Source: an uncultured Nonlabens sp. (GTDB lineage: Bacteria > Bacteroidota > Bacteroidia > Flavobacteriales > Flavobacteriaceae). Taken from it: DNA of 64,000 nucleotides. The stretch covers positions 27,103 through 91,102 of the forward strand of contig CANLKV010000005.1 in assembly GCA_947491755.1 (NCBI GenBank). Reading direction: 5' to 3'. Shown here piece after piece: positions 28,804-38,136 of this stretch. The notes beneath the pieces are model-generated. The model was given only the letters and a program-made list of their open reading frames with translations, did not search any database and was not told where the DNA came from. A program made the translations under genes and the position numbers. The first letter of the stretch is position 1; each line of letters begins with the position of its first letter.

Positions 28804-29757
28804 ATGAAAACATATACAAATACAGGAAATAAGGATACGCGCAGCGGTTTTGGTGCTGGGTTAGAAGAACTAGGTAAAACAAATGAAAATGTAGTCGCTT
28901 TGTGTGCTGATCTAACTGGGTCGCTCAAAATGAACGCCTTTGCAGATGCACATCCTGACCGATTTTTTCAAGTAGGAATTGCAGAGGCTAACATGATGGG
29001 GATTGCAGCTGGTATGACCATAGGTGGTAAAATACCGTTTACAGGTACTTTTGCTAACTTCTCTACAGGCCGCGTTTACGATCAAATACGTCAAAGCATT
29101 GCCTACTCCGACAAGAACGTAAAAATATGTGCCTCGCACTCTGGACTTACACTAGGAGAGGATGGTGCAACACACCAGATCCTAGAGGACCTAGGTCTTA
29201 TGAAAATGCTACCAGGCATGACTGTTATCAATACTTGTGATTACAATCAGACTAAAGCGGCAACACTAGCCATAGCAGATCACCATGGACCGGTCTATTT
29301 AAGATTTGGCCGTCCTAAAGTAGCCAACTTCACTCCAGAGAACGGAGATTTTCAAATCGGAAAAGCTGTGCACCTGCAGGAAGGTACTGATGTTACTATA
29401 GTTGCAACCGGCCATCTGGTATGGGAAGCACTAGAAGCAGCAAAAGCCTTGAACGAGAAAGGCATCAGTGCAGAGGTAATCAACATCCACACTATTAAAC
29501 CACTGGATGAAGAAGCTATTGTAGCGTCTGTTAAGAAAACCGGCTGCATCGTTACGGCGGAAGAGCACAATTATCTAGGTGGCCTGGGAGAAAGCGTCGC
29601 TAGAACCCTAGCACAACACCACCCAACACCGCAGGAATTTGTGGCGACACAAGATACGTTTGGTGAGAGTGGAACACCAGAGCAATTACTGGAAAAATAC
29701 GGCTTGAATGCAGCAAATATTGTTGCAAAGGCAGAACAGGTAATCAATCGCAAATAA
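28804..29757 (+). CDS. Transketolase, C-terminal subunit
   Basis: GIAEANM, GEDGATHQ, PVYLRFGR, IKPLD, TAEEH. Confidence 0.93.
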   Translation: MKTYTNTGNKDTRSGFGAGLEELGKTNENVVALCADLTGSLKMNAFADAHPDRFFQVGIAEANMMGIAAGMTIGGKIPFTGTFANFSTGRVYDQIRQSIAYSDKNVKICASHSGLTLGEDGATHQILEDLGLMKMLPGMTVINTCDYNQTKAATLAIADHHGPVYLRFGRPKVANFTPENGDFQIGKAVHLQEGTDVTIVATGHLVWEALEAAKALNEKGISAEVINIHTIKPLDEEAIVASVKKTGCIVTAEEHNYLGGLGESVARTLAQHHPTPQEFVATQDTFGESGTPEQLLEKYGLNAANIVAKAEQVINRK

Positions 29758-29782
29758 ACCAGTTGATCAACCTGTAAAAGGT

Positions 29783-29820
29783 AAAAAGCCCTGTTAGCAA
29801 TTGCTAACAGGGCTTTTTTT
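29783..29820. terminator. Bidirectional terminator
   Basis: AAAAAGCCCTGTTAGCAATTGCTAACAGGGCTTTTT perfect inverted repeat between convergent genes. Confidence 0.88.
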
Positions 29821-29858
29821 ATTGTGCTTTTATTCTAGTAAATCCGATTATAAGGTCT

Positions 29859-30773
29859 CTAGATTTCTGTACGGTTGTCCAGATAATCTGGAATCCCGTC
29901 ACCATCTGTATCTAGGGCATCCTCTGGATTACCATCACCGTTGGGATCTGCATTTTCATCACGGGTAGGTATACCGTCATTGTCATCATCGGCATCCACA
30001 TAATTAGGACTACCATCGCGGTCTGTGTCATCAACTGATTGAGGAGAATTTAAATCTTTATCGTCATTAAGATCTTCATAAATAGAAAGAATTCCATCGC
30101 CATCATGGTCTGTAACCTTGGCTCTTCTTAATTGGAAAGTAAATATAAGAGGAGCGTACTCTGGTATATCAAATGTAGGTGGCCTATTAAAATAAGCAAC
30201 CCCAGAAGGCATGAAGATAGCCCCTATACCTCCGTTTCTATAACTAATTGTCCCATCTGGATTAGGTATAATATCGGTAGCATCATTAAACCCACTTATT
30301 CCCTCTGCAAAACCATCAATGGTGGCAGGCAGGTTGAACCAGATTGAGTTGTTGCTATTATCAAATTCTGAACCATTTAATAGTGTCCCCCTATAGCTCA
30401 CTAACGTACTATCTGCAAAGGTAGGCTGGCGATCACCTAGACCTTGACGCACGTTTAAAACGTAAATAGTATAATCAATATCACCCCTGCGCAACGTGCG
30501 GGTCGTTACTTGCTGGCTTAAAGGCGTGCAGTCTGCATTTGATCCTGCAATGGTATCAAAAACAATATTAAAGTCCTCTCCTGCTGGCGTATTTTGAAAT
30601 TCTTCCTGGTTGTAAAAATGTGTTTGTAGGAAGCTGTTGATCTCAGCTAGATTCTCATCATATACTTCTTGTGCATCACGTACAACAATATCTGCAGAGT
30701 CATCATCGCTTGAACAAGATAACAGCACAGCAGATACAAGTAGAGGAAACAATAAATATTTTATATTTTTCAT
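29859..30773 (-). CDS. FKBP-type peptidyl-prolyl isomerase lipoprotein with C-terminal Asp-rich Ca-binding repeats
   Basis: Lipobox LLSC; VSYRGTLLNGSEFD, IFMPSGVAY, YAPLIFTFQL; DxDxDG repeats. Confidence 0.82.
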   Translation of the reverse strand: MKNIKYLLFPLLVSAVLLSCSSDDDSADIVVRDAQEVYDENLAEINSFLQTHFYNQEEFQNTPAGEDFNIVFDTIAGSNADCTPLSQQVTTRTLRRGDIDYTIYVLNVRQGLGDRQPTFADSTLVSYRGTLLNGSEFDNSNNSIWFNLPATIDGFAEGISGFNDATDIIPNPDGTISYRNGGIGAIFMPSGVAYFNRPPTFDIPEYAPLIFTFQLRRAKVTDHDGDGILSIYEDLNDDKDLNSPQSVDDTDRDGSPNYVDADDDNDGIPTRDENADPNGDGNPEDALDTDGDGIPDYLDNRTEI

Positions 30774-30847
30774 AATTCTTTTTCAGGCCTCAAAGATAGT
30801 ATTTTCGGCTATTTTTGTAGAGATAACGCTATTTTATACACCTTCTT

Positions 30848-31228
30848 ATGCGCATAGATAAATATTTATGGTCGGTACGATATTATAAAACGAGAAGTAA
30901 AGCGACTGATGCTGCAAAAAAAGGTCGTTTGCGCGTTAATGGTGATATTGTCAAACCGGCAAGAGACGTGTATCCCGGTGATCTTATAACACTGCGCAAA
31001 GATCAAATAGATTATACAGTAGAGGTGCTGGATTTGCCTCCTAATCGTGTAGGCAATAAGCTAGTTGATTTATATCGCGTTGATCGTACACCACGAGAAA
31101 ACTTTGAAGCACGCAAGATGATTGACATGAACCAAGATTACTACCGCCGCAAGGGAGAGGGTCGTCCTACTAAAAAGGATCGCCGGGACCTGGGCGAGGC
31201 GCTCAATAATTTAGGCGAAGAAGAATGA
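30848..31228 (+). CDS. hslR: S4-domain RNA-binding protein (Hsp15-like)
   Basis: MRIDKYLW, GRPTKKDRR. Confidence 0.9.
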   Translation: MRIDKYLWSVRYYKTRSKATDAAKKGRLRVNGDIVKPARDVYPGDLITLRKDQIDYTVEVLDLPPNRVGNKLVDLYRVDRTPRENFEARKMIDMNQDYYRRKGEGRPTKKDRRDLGEALNNLGEEE

Positions 31229-31260
31229 TGCATCTTTGCACTTGTTGTTGTGGTGTATCA

Positions 31261-31276
31261 CGCTTCCGCGGAAGCA
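31261..31276. repeat. 16-bp palindrome copy with compensatory 6/11 changes, probably intergenic
   Basis: CGCTTCCGCGGAAGCA. Confidence 0.75.
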
Positions 31277-31318
31277 AACTTTTCATCACCCTCTAACCAC
31301 CATTTAAAACGATTCTTT

Positions 31319-31807
31319 ATGCAGATATTAAATCACGAGCAGGTCAATCACAAAATAAGACGCATTGCCTATCAAATCGCAGAGGTTTATATGGAACATG
31401 ACCATATTATTCTAGCTGGAATAGCCGATGGCGGTTATGTTTTTGCACAACGACTGCAAGAATATCTGGAAAAAATAGGCAGCTTTGATGTAATGTTATG
31501 CCGCGTCGATATCAACAAAAAACAGCCGCTAGAACCCATTAAAACAAGTATAGAGCCTAGCGTTTATCAAAATAAGGGTATTGTATTGTGTGATGATGTC
31601 CTTAACTCTGGTACTACCTTAATATATGCAGTACGTCACTTTTTGAATGTCCCGCTGCGCAAATTCAAGACTGCAGTGTTGGTCAATCGCAATCACAAAA
31701 AATTCCCGGTAAAGGCAGATTTTAAAGGCATTTCACTATCTACCACAATAGAAGAGCATATCGATGTGGATCTCAATGAAGGAAAGTACCAGGTCACCTT
31801 ATCTTAA
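31319..31807 (+). CDS. Phosphoribosyltransferase family protein (PyrR-like)
   Basis: KIRRIAYQI, LCDDVLNSGTT PRPP loop; likely start MQILNH. Confidence 0.85.
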   Translation: MQILNHEQVNHKIRRIAYQIAEVYMEHDHIILAGIADGGYVFAQRLQEYLEKIGSFDVMLCRVDINKKQPLEPIKTSIEPSVYQNKGIVLCDDVLNSGTTLIYAVRHFLNVPLRKFKTAVLVNRNHKKFPVKADFKGISLSTTIEEHIDVDLNEGKYQVTLS

Positions 31808-32323
31808 CTCGTTAATCTCTTTAACCAGTTGGGCTACCGTTTTACCTTGTATATCAATCACAGCATCTGCTTGATCATAAAAGGAGGATCGCTCCAATAG
31901 ATGTTTTCCTATAAACTCTGCCAGCTCTTCTTTACTTTCAATCGCCGCTATAAGTGGACGCTTCGACTTTTTTGTATATAAGCGCTCTGTTAAGAATGGG
32001 ACATTCGCTCTTAAGTAAATAGAACGGCTTTGTGCAGTTTTGAGGATGGCGTCCATATTATTATAATAACAAGGTGTGCCACCGCCTAGTGATAAAACAT
32101 AAGAATTTGGAAGTTTGAGAAGCGTCTCTAGGTGTTTTTTTTCCACTTTTCTAAAGTAAATAATTCCTTTTTCTGCTATAAGTTGAGTGATCGACGCCCT
32201 TTCTTGCTGTTCAATGTAATAATCAAGGTCCATATGATCAAGCTGCAGCGATTTTGCAAGCGCCTGTCCTACAGTGCTTTTGCCGCATCCCATATAACCT
32301 AATAAAATAAATTTGAGCGCCAT
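31799..32323 (-). CDS. aroK: Shikimate kinase
   Basis: GYMGCGKS, DLDYYIE, SLGGGTPC, RPL. Confidence 0.92.
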   Translation of the reverse strand: MALKFILLGYMGCGKSTVGQALAKSLQLDHMDLDYYIEQQERASITQLIAEKGIIYFRKVEKKHLETLLKLPNSYVLSLGGGTPCYYNNMDAILKTAQSRSIYLRANVPFLTERLYTKKSKRPLIAAIESKEELAEFIGKHLLERSSFYDQADAVIDIQGKTVAQLVKEINELR

Positions 32324-32429
32324 ATGATTGAGATTCAATACCGTGGTAAATTTCTCTCAAATTTATAGCAAAAAGATTAGCAGGTTATCAAGTATACGTT
32401 TTATATTTGCACCCGCATTTAGAAATGAC

Positions 32430-32502
32430 GACTTGGTAGCTCAGCTGGTAGAGCATCACACTTTTAATGTGAGGGTCCTGGGTTCGAACCCCAGCCAAGT
32501 CA
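32430..32502 (+). tRNA. tRNA-Lys(TTT)
   Basis: Acceptor GACTTGG/CCAAGTC, anticodon arm TCACA-CTTTTAA-TGTGA, T-loop GTTCGAA; -7 TATATTTG at 32402-32409. Confidence 0.95.
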
Positions 32503-32552
32503 CAAAGAGCCGTAAGGCGTTTAAAGTCCTTATTTATAAGGACTTTTTTTAT

Positions 32553-32634
32553 ACCCGGGTGCTGAAATTGGTAGACAGGCACGGTTGAGGGCCGTGTGTA
32601 TTTATACGTGTGGGTTCAAGTCCCATCCCGGGTA
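32553..32634 (+). tRNA. tRNA-Leu(GAG)
   Basis: Acceptor ACCCGGG/CCCGGGT, anticodon arm CACGG-TTGAGGG-CCGTG, long variable arm, GTTCAAG T-loop. Confidence 0.93.
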
Positions 32635-32645
32635 CTGTTTTACCG

Positions 32646-32685
32646 AAAAACCAGTGATTGTTGCAATAAACATTCACTGGTTTTT
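32646..32685. terminator. Bidirectional terminator between tRNA-Leu and the epimerase gene
   Basis: AAAAACCAGTGA...TCACTGGTTTTT. Confidence 0.7.
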
Positions 32686-32708
32686 TCGTTGTAGGTGTCT
32701 AATTGCAC

Positions 32709-33653
32709 CTAGTTGCGCTGCAATTTTTTACACCAGTCGATTTGCTCTTGCACTCCTTGTTCTAGAGTGGTCGTAGGTTGATAGTCCAATAAACGCTGGG
32801 CTTTTGTAATAACAGCCTTAGTACGCAATTGATCGCCGCATCTCGCCGGCTTTTTCTCTATAGCTATAGAGGTGTTGAGCAGTTTCTCTACCATTTGAAT
32901 ACCGTCCTGGGTAGAATATTCTTTATCAGTACCTAGATTGATCACCTCACCATTGCAATCTTTCTCTTTATTTATGACGCTAACAATACCATCAACTATA
33001 TCAGATATATGTGTAAAGCTGCGCTTGTGCTGCAAACTACCCTCAAATAAAGGAAATACAGTTCCCTGCAATCCACAGTTAATAAGCTGACTGAACATCT
33101 TATCTGGTCGCTCTCTAGAGCCATAAACCGAATAAAGTCTGAGTGAACATGCCATAAGCGTACCAATTCTAGATCTAGAAAGTACCAGCTGCTCTGCTGA
33201 TAATTTTGTAACCCCATAGTTAGAGATAGGCTTTGCCATTTGCTCCTCATCACAGTACACGTCCCTTCCATAAATGGATGAGGTCCCTATGTTAACAAAC
33301 ATTTTGATTGCAGTGGTTTCCTCAAGATGATCGACTAATTGATGGGTAGCGATCAGGTTGTTAGTCAAATAGTCTTGAAAACTACAAGTACTCGCAATAC
33401 CTGGCTGGGCAGCACAATGAAAAACATACTCAATACCTTCCGGCAATGCAGTAAGACTATTTTTATCACGTAAGTCAAGGTCATAAATCTTAATTCCGGC
33501 AGATTTAAGCACGGCTGCGTTTGCTCTTTTAAGGGCAACATCATAATAAGGATTAAAATTATCCAGCCCAATTACCTCGTGGCCCATAGCATGCAATCGC
33601 TCTGTAAGATGTGAACCTATAAATCCTGCAGCTCCTGTGACTAATATTTTCAT
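32709..33653 (-). CDS. NAD-dependent epimerase/dehydratase, UDP-glucuronate 4-epimerase-like
   Basis: MKILVTGAAGFIGS, YGVTK (YxxxK), VYGSRERPD, RSFTHISDIV. Confidence 0.8.
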   Translation of the reverse strand: MKILVTGAAGFIGSHLTERLHAMGHEVIGLDNFNPYYDVALKRANAAVLKSAGIKIYDLDLRDKNSLTALPEGIEYVFHCAAQPGIASTCSFQDYLTNNLIATHQLVDHLEETTAIKMFVNIGTSSIYGRDVYCDEEQMAKPISNYGVTKLSAEQLVLSRSRIGTLMACSLRLYSVYGSRERPDKMFSQLINCGLQGTVFPLFEGSLQHKRSFTHISDIVDGIVSVINKEKDCNGEVINLGTDKEYSTQDGIQMVEKLLNTSIAIEKKPARCGDQLRTKAVITKAQRLLDYQPTTTLEQGVQEQIDWCKKLQRN

Positions 33654-33802
33654 TAAGTTTGCCTCGTTTCCATTAAAGAAATACAATAAATGCCAACCTT
33701 TATAGGTGCTACCGCTAGAAATAAATACGGTACAACTTAAAAAGTTACTATAGATCGTTGTATTAAAAATGCAAATTAAACCCTTTTTCCTTAACACGCA
33801 TA

Positions 33803-34516
33803 ATGAGCGATTCCTTAACTATAGTTGTACCCGTTTATAATGAAGCCGACAACCTAAACCGAGTGGAGAAAGAGCTTGCAGCTTATATGCGACAGGCCTC
33901 CATTCCTACCTCTGTACTACTGGTTAATGATGGATCCACAGACCGTAGCCTCTCTATTATAAAAGATATTTGTAATAATAGCGACAAGTTTAATTACCTC
34001 AACTTTGATCAAAATTATGGACTTAGTGCAGCTATAAAAGCTGGTTTTGACCATACAACTAGTACCCTAGTAGGCTATATCGATTCTGATTTACAAACAA
34101 GCCCCCAGGACTTTGATCTACTATTAGAACATATACCTAATTATGACCTAGTCACTGGAGTACGCTCTAAACGTAAAGATAGTTTTGTAAAAAACATGTC
34201 GTCTACCATCGCAAACAGCATACGTCGTAGTTTTACACATGACGGCATGGATGATACTGGTTGCCCACTTAAAATCATACGCGCTAGTTATGCAAAGCGT
34301 ATTCCTATGTTTAAAGGCTTACATCGGTTTTTACCAGCAATGATTTTATTACAAGAAGGACGTATCAAGCAAGTGCCAGTGCAACATTTTGAGCGGGTTG
34401 CAGGCACTGCAAAATTTGGATTGTGGAACAGACTACTTGGCCCTCTTATGGATTGCTTTGCCTACTTGTGGATGAAAAAAAAATATATCAATTACAAAGT
34501 GGCAGATAAGGGATGA
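33803..34516 (+). CDS. GT2 polyprenyl-phosphate glycosyltransferase
   Basis: VVPVYNE, NDGSTD, IDSDLQ, DTGCPLK, HRFLP. Confidence 0.88.
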   Translation: MSDSLTIVVPVYNEADNLNRVEKELAAYMRQASIPTSVLLVNDGSTDRSLSIIKDICNNSDKFNYLNFDQNYGLSAAIKAGFDHTTSTLVGYIDSDLQTSPQDFDLLLEHIPNYDLVTGVRSKRKDSFVKNMSSTIANSIRRSFTHDGMDDTGCPLKIIRASYAKRIPMFKGLHRFLPAMILLQEGRIKQVPVQHFERVAGTAKFGLWNRLLGPLMDCFAYLWMKKKYINYKVADKG

Positions 34517-35133
34517 GTGCCTGGTTGATCTATTCCATAGGTTTTATTGCGCAACTTCTTTTTTCTGGTAGATCTATTTTACAATGGATCGTATCAGAGA
34601 AGAATAAGAAGGTTTTAACCCCCATCTTATTCTGGCAACTCAGTCTACTCGCGTCGTTTTTATTATTTATTTATGGTTACTTGCGCAACGATTTTGCCAT
34701 CATGCTAGGGCAAATTTTAACCTATTTCATTTATATACGCAACATGCATTTGCAGGGACAATGGACCCGCCTGCCGTGGATTGCACGCTGGTTTCTATAT
34801 CTATTTCCCTTAATAATACTGTATATAGGTTATAACAACCAGATCTATGATAGAGTATTGTTATTTCAAAACGAGGCAATTCCTGGATGGCTGCTTGCCC
34901 TAGGAATCACTGCGCAGGTGGTTTTTACCTTGCGGTTTGTCTACCAATGGATTTATAGCGAAAAACAAAAAGAATCCTCCCTTCCTCTAGGGTTCTGGAC
35001 ACTCAGCCTGCTAGGTTCTACGTTAATATTGTGCTATGCAATCTTTAGAAAAGATCCTGTATTGCTGGCTGGGCATGGACTAGGACTTACCTTGTATGTG
35101 CGCAACATTATGATTTTGAGAAAACAACAATGA
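34513..35133 (+). CDS. Lipid-A-disaccharide synthase N-terminal (LAB_N) domain membrane protein, two repeats
   Basis: GFIAQLLFSGR..LQW..SEK and GITAQVVFTLRFVYQW..SEK repeats. Confidence 0.88.
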   Translation: MSAWLIYSIGFIAQLLFSGRSILQWIVSEKNKKVLTPILFWQLSLLASFLLFIYGYLRNDFAIMLGQILTYFIYIRNMHLQGQWTRLPWIARWFLYLFPLIILYIGYNNQIYDRVLLFQNEAIPGWLLALGITAQVVFTLRFVYQWIYSEKQKESSLPLGFWTLSLLGSTLILCYAIFRKDPVLLAGHGLGLTLYVRNIMILRKQQ

Positions 35134-36773
35134 ATAACTTTATTGATAAACGGCCGTACCTCTCCATCTTTATAATGTGGTTATTCATATATATACCTCA
35201 TTTACAGGTACTCTACCCTAATATTATGGAGGCACGCAATTTTGTGACTGCTAGAGAGATGCTTACAGATGGTAACTGGGTATTGACCACCATGAATGGA
35301 TTACCACGCTATCAAAAACCCCCATTACCCACCTGGTTCAGCGCTGCAACTGGTGAACTATTTGGCATAGAAAACTTGTTTGCCCTGCGACTACCTGCCG
35401 CATTGATCACTCTGGTATTGCTGTTTGTGATGTATTCGCTTTCGCGAAAGCTAACTCAAAACACACTCCATGCATTTCTATCTACTGCCGTAGCCGCAAC
35501 ATCCTTCTACATCATTTTTGCTGGACGCAACGGTACCTGGGATATTTTTGCTCATAGCTTTATGCTAGTCGGTATTTATTTCTTGTACCAATTATTTAAA
35601 CAGGACAAGAAGGTGTATTCTAATGCATTGTGGGCGGGAGTTTTTATAGGCTTATCCTTTATGAGTAAAGGTCCCGTATCGCATTATGCACTTTTACTGC
35701 CATTTTTAATAGCTTATGGTGTGGTATACAAATTTTCAAGCTGGAAGATAAAAATATGGCCCTTATTGCTAACGATAACCGTTGCTGTGCTCTTATCGTC
35801 ATGGTGGGCTGTTTACATATATTACCAAGATACTGCAGAGGCTACTCGCATCGCTCAAGTCGAGTCCGGCAGGTGGGTAGGCTATGAGCTTAAGCCCTTT
35901 TATTACTACTGGAGCTTTTTTACACAGTCTGGATTATGGACTATACCTGCCTTTATCGCCTTGCTCTACCCCTATTTAAAATCAAGAGTTTCAAATTTAA
36001 AGGCCTATCAATTTGTATGGTTGTGGACGATACTAGCAGTAATTCTGCTGTCCCTTATTCCTACTAAAAAGTCCCGATATTTATTACCCGTGTTGATTCC
36101 CCTGGCATTTACAACAGCCTTTTACATAGAATATTTATTTAAAAACTTTAAACAAATCACTAACAGGTGGGAACTGTGGCCCGTGTATTTAAATTACGGT
36201 CTAATTAGCCTTATCGGGATCATGTTTCCATTAGGTGCTTATTTGTTTATAGGAGACTCGCTGGATATTTTAAATATCAATTATTTGCTCACCGCTGCGG
36301 GCCTGCTTGCCGCAGGCATCTCGATAGGTTATTATCTGATCTTAAAAAAGATAAAGCCTGTGGTATATGCAAGCCTCTTTTTTATTTTAATAGTCATTAC
36401 ACTAGGGTTTCCTTTATCTAATGCCCTACTAGTAAACCCAGATTATAAATCTATCGCCCTGGTAAAAGATCAATCCATTCCCATTTATGCGATTGACGAT
36501 CTAGCCCCAGAACTTATATGGGATCTAGGTGAACGCACCACTTTTAAAACAATCGATCAACTAAAAGAATATAGGGGGAATGAAATGCTGGGTGTACTCA
36601 CTTATTACTCTACTAATAAAGAAGCATTGCGCGAACTAAAAGATGTGTATCACATACAAGATGTCATTACCTATGACCTTAATCCCGTGGACCGCACACG
36701 TCGTTCTTATAAAGATCGATTGAAGGCAGATTTATACATCTTAAAACGTAAATCAACGGAAGCCAATAAATAA
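35130..36773 (+). CDS. ArnT-like (GT-C) glycosyltransferase
   Basis: MEARNFVTAREM, RYQKPPLPTW, MSKGPV, KKSRYLLP; many TM. Confidence 0.88.
   Translation: MNNFIDKRPYLSIFIMWLFIYIPHLQVLYPNIMEARNFVTAREMLTDGNWVLTTMNGLPRYQKPPLPTWFSAATGELFGIENLFALRLPAALITLVLLFVMYSLSRKLTQNTLHAFLSTAVAATSFYIIFAGRNGTWDIFAHSFMLVGIYFLYQLFKQDKKVYSNALWAGVFIGLSFMSKGPVSHYALLLPFLIAYGVVYKFSSWKIKIWPLLLTITVAVLLSSWWAVYIYYQDTAEATRIAQVESGRWVGYELKPFYYYWSFFTQSGLWTIPAFIALLYPYLKSRVSNLKAYQFVWLWTILAVILLSLIPTKKSRYLLPVLIPLAFTTAFYIEYLFKNFKQITNRWELWPVYLNYGLISLIGIMFPLGAYLFIGDSLDILNINYLLTAAGLLAAGISIGYYLILKKIKPVVYASLFFILIVITLGFPLSNALLVNPDYKSIALVKDQSIPIYAIDDLAPELIWDLGERTTFKTIDQLKEYRGNEMLGVLTYYSTNKEALRELKDVYHIQDVITYDLNPVDRTRRSYKDRLKADLYILKRKSTEANK
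35437..35452. repeat. 16-bp palindrome copy, 1 mismatch, inside the ArnT-like gene (SLSRK)
   Basis: CGCTTTCGCGAAAGCT. Confidence 0.9.
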
Positions 36774-36879
36774 GTCAAGGCACTAAGACAACTGTACTAT
36801 CTTATGCACCTCATTACCTGCTTTAAAAACAGAAGACTTACAAGGGCCTTGAACTGCAAAATTAATTGCTATTAAATTT

Positions 36880-36908
36880 ATTTATAATCATTACAGATAA
36901 TACCTTTG
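36880..36908 (+). promoter_or_regulatory. Fur-like box ATTTATAATCATTACAGAT abutting -7 TACCTTTG
   Basis: AT-rich 9-1-9 imperfect palindrome at 36880-36898; -7 at 36901-36908 upstream of the PepSY gene. Confidence 0.55.
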
Positions 36909-36931
36909 CAGCCGCTACCAAATAGCGGGTT

Positions 36932-38059
36932 ATGAATCGAGAGGTATCTATTAAAAAACAATCCCGCAGTATGTTTAAACGTACAGCTGCCATTCTGCAT
37001 TTGTGGTTAGGTATGCTGTCAGGAGTGATCGTTCTGGTCATTGCAGCCACAGGATGTCTTTTTGTATTTCATGACGAGATCAAAGATATCGTGTATGACT
37101 GGAGACATGTAGAACCACAAACAGCAGATTTTGTTCCACCCTCTGTATTACTACAAAAGGTTAAAGAGTCCTACCCTACTGCAACACCTAGCATGGTTGT
37201 ATATCAAGATGCTTCACGCCCAGCCGCCATTGCCATAGAAATTGACCAGATACCACACGAGGTTTACCTCAATCCATATGATGGCACTATTATCCATGTT
37301 CAGAATATGGAAACGGAATTTTTCATGGTGGTCGAACGATTGCACCGATTTTTACTACTGCCAGAAGAAATAGGCAAGCAAATTACAGGTATAGCAACCA
37401 TTGTATTCATCATCATGATGCTTACTGGACTGGTTCTTTGGTGGCCTAAAAAACGTAAACATACCTTGCAACATTTAAAGGTAAAATGGAATGCACGATG
37501 GCGACGTAAAAATTATGACTGGCATAGAGCTACTGGTTTTTATTTGATTTTTCCAGCATTACTTATTTCCATAACAGGAATAAGCTTTACGTACGAATGG
37601 CTTAATCATCAGCTTTTTGATTTAGGAAATATAGGTATTGAGGCAGCTGCAGAAGAACTACCCTCGTTTCAACCTACTGACAAGGTCACGCAGTTGACCG
37701 CCATGGACAAAGCGATGGCAGGCACATTTGAAGTAATGAATGATAGCGGCATGTATTTTGTCTGGGATCAAGGCGATGGTTTACCTATCGTAACAGGCGC
37801 TTATCCTGAATCTTACCATTTTGACCATCAATCTAACTTTTATTTCGATCCAGAGAGTGGCGTCCTACTTCATACCCAGCTCTATGCCTCAAAACCACCA
37901 GGACTGAAACTGCAAGAAATGATCTATGGATTACATACAGGTCAGTTTTTCAGCTTGACTGGAAAAGTTCTTGCTTTTATAGCTAGCGCGCTTATCGCAG
38001 CTCTACCTATCACTGGATTTTTAATCTGGATAGGACGCAGAAAAAAAGCGAAAAAATAA
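36932..38059 (+). CDS. PepSY-associated TM helix protein (siderophore reductase-like)
   Basis: LHLWLG, RLHRFLLL, GLVLWWP, YDWHR, LHTG His motifs. Confidence 0.9.
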   Translation: MNREVSIKKQSRSMFKRTAAILHLWLGMLSGVIVLVIAATGCLFVFHDEIKDIVYDWRHVEPQTADFVPPSVLLQKVKESYPTATPSMVVYQDASRPAAIAIEIDQIPHEVYLNPYDGTIIHVQNMETEFFMVVERLHRFLLLPEEIGKQITGIATIVFIIMMLTGLVLWWPKKRKHTLQHLKVKWNARWRRKNYDWHRATGFYLIFPALLISITGISFTYEWLNHQLFDLGNIGIEAAAEELPSFQPTDKVTQLTAMDKAMAGTFEVMNDSGMYFVWDQGDGLPIVTGAYPESYHFDHQSNFYFDPESGVLLHTQLYASKPPGLKLQEMIYGLHTGQFFSLTGKVLAFIASALIAALPITGFLIWIGRRKKAKK

Positions 38060-38094
38060 CTGGTTTTCCCTTTTTCAAATCCAAATACAGCAAT

Positions 38095-38127
38095 TACATT
38101 TGCACTTAATTTTTATTTATTCTAAAT
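38095..38127 (+). promoter_or_regulatory. -7 TACATTTG followed by Fur-like box ATTTTTATTTATTCTAAAT
   Basis: -7 at 38095-38102; box 38109-38127 contains the ATTCTAAAT half-site. Confidence 0.5.
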
Positions 38128-38136
38128 AAATACGAT

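Noticed and set aside
27924-29757. Split transketolase as a broken gene or frameshift
   Set aside because: Two-subunit transketolases are normal in Bacteroidota; both ORFs have proper starts and stops.
32430-36773. Possible genomic island integrated at tRNA-Leu
   Set aside because: No integrase and no duplicated tRNA 3' end seen in the window.
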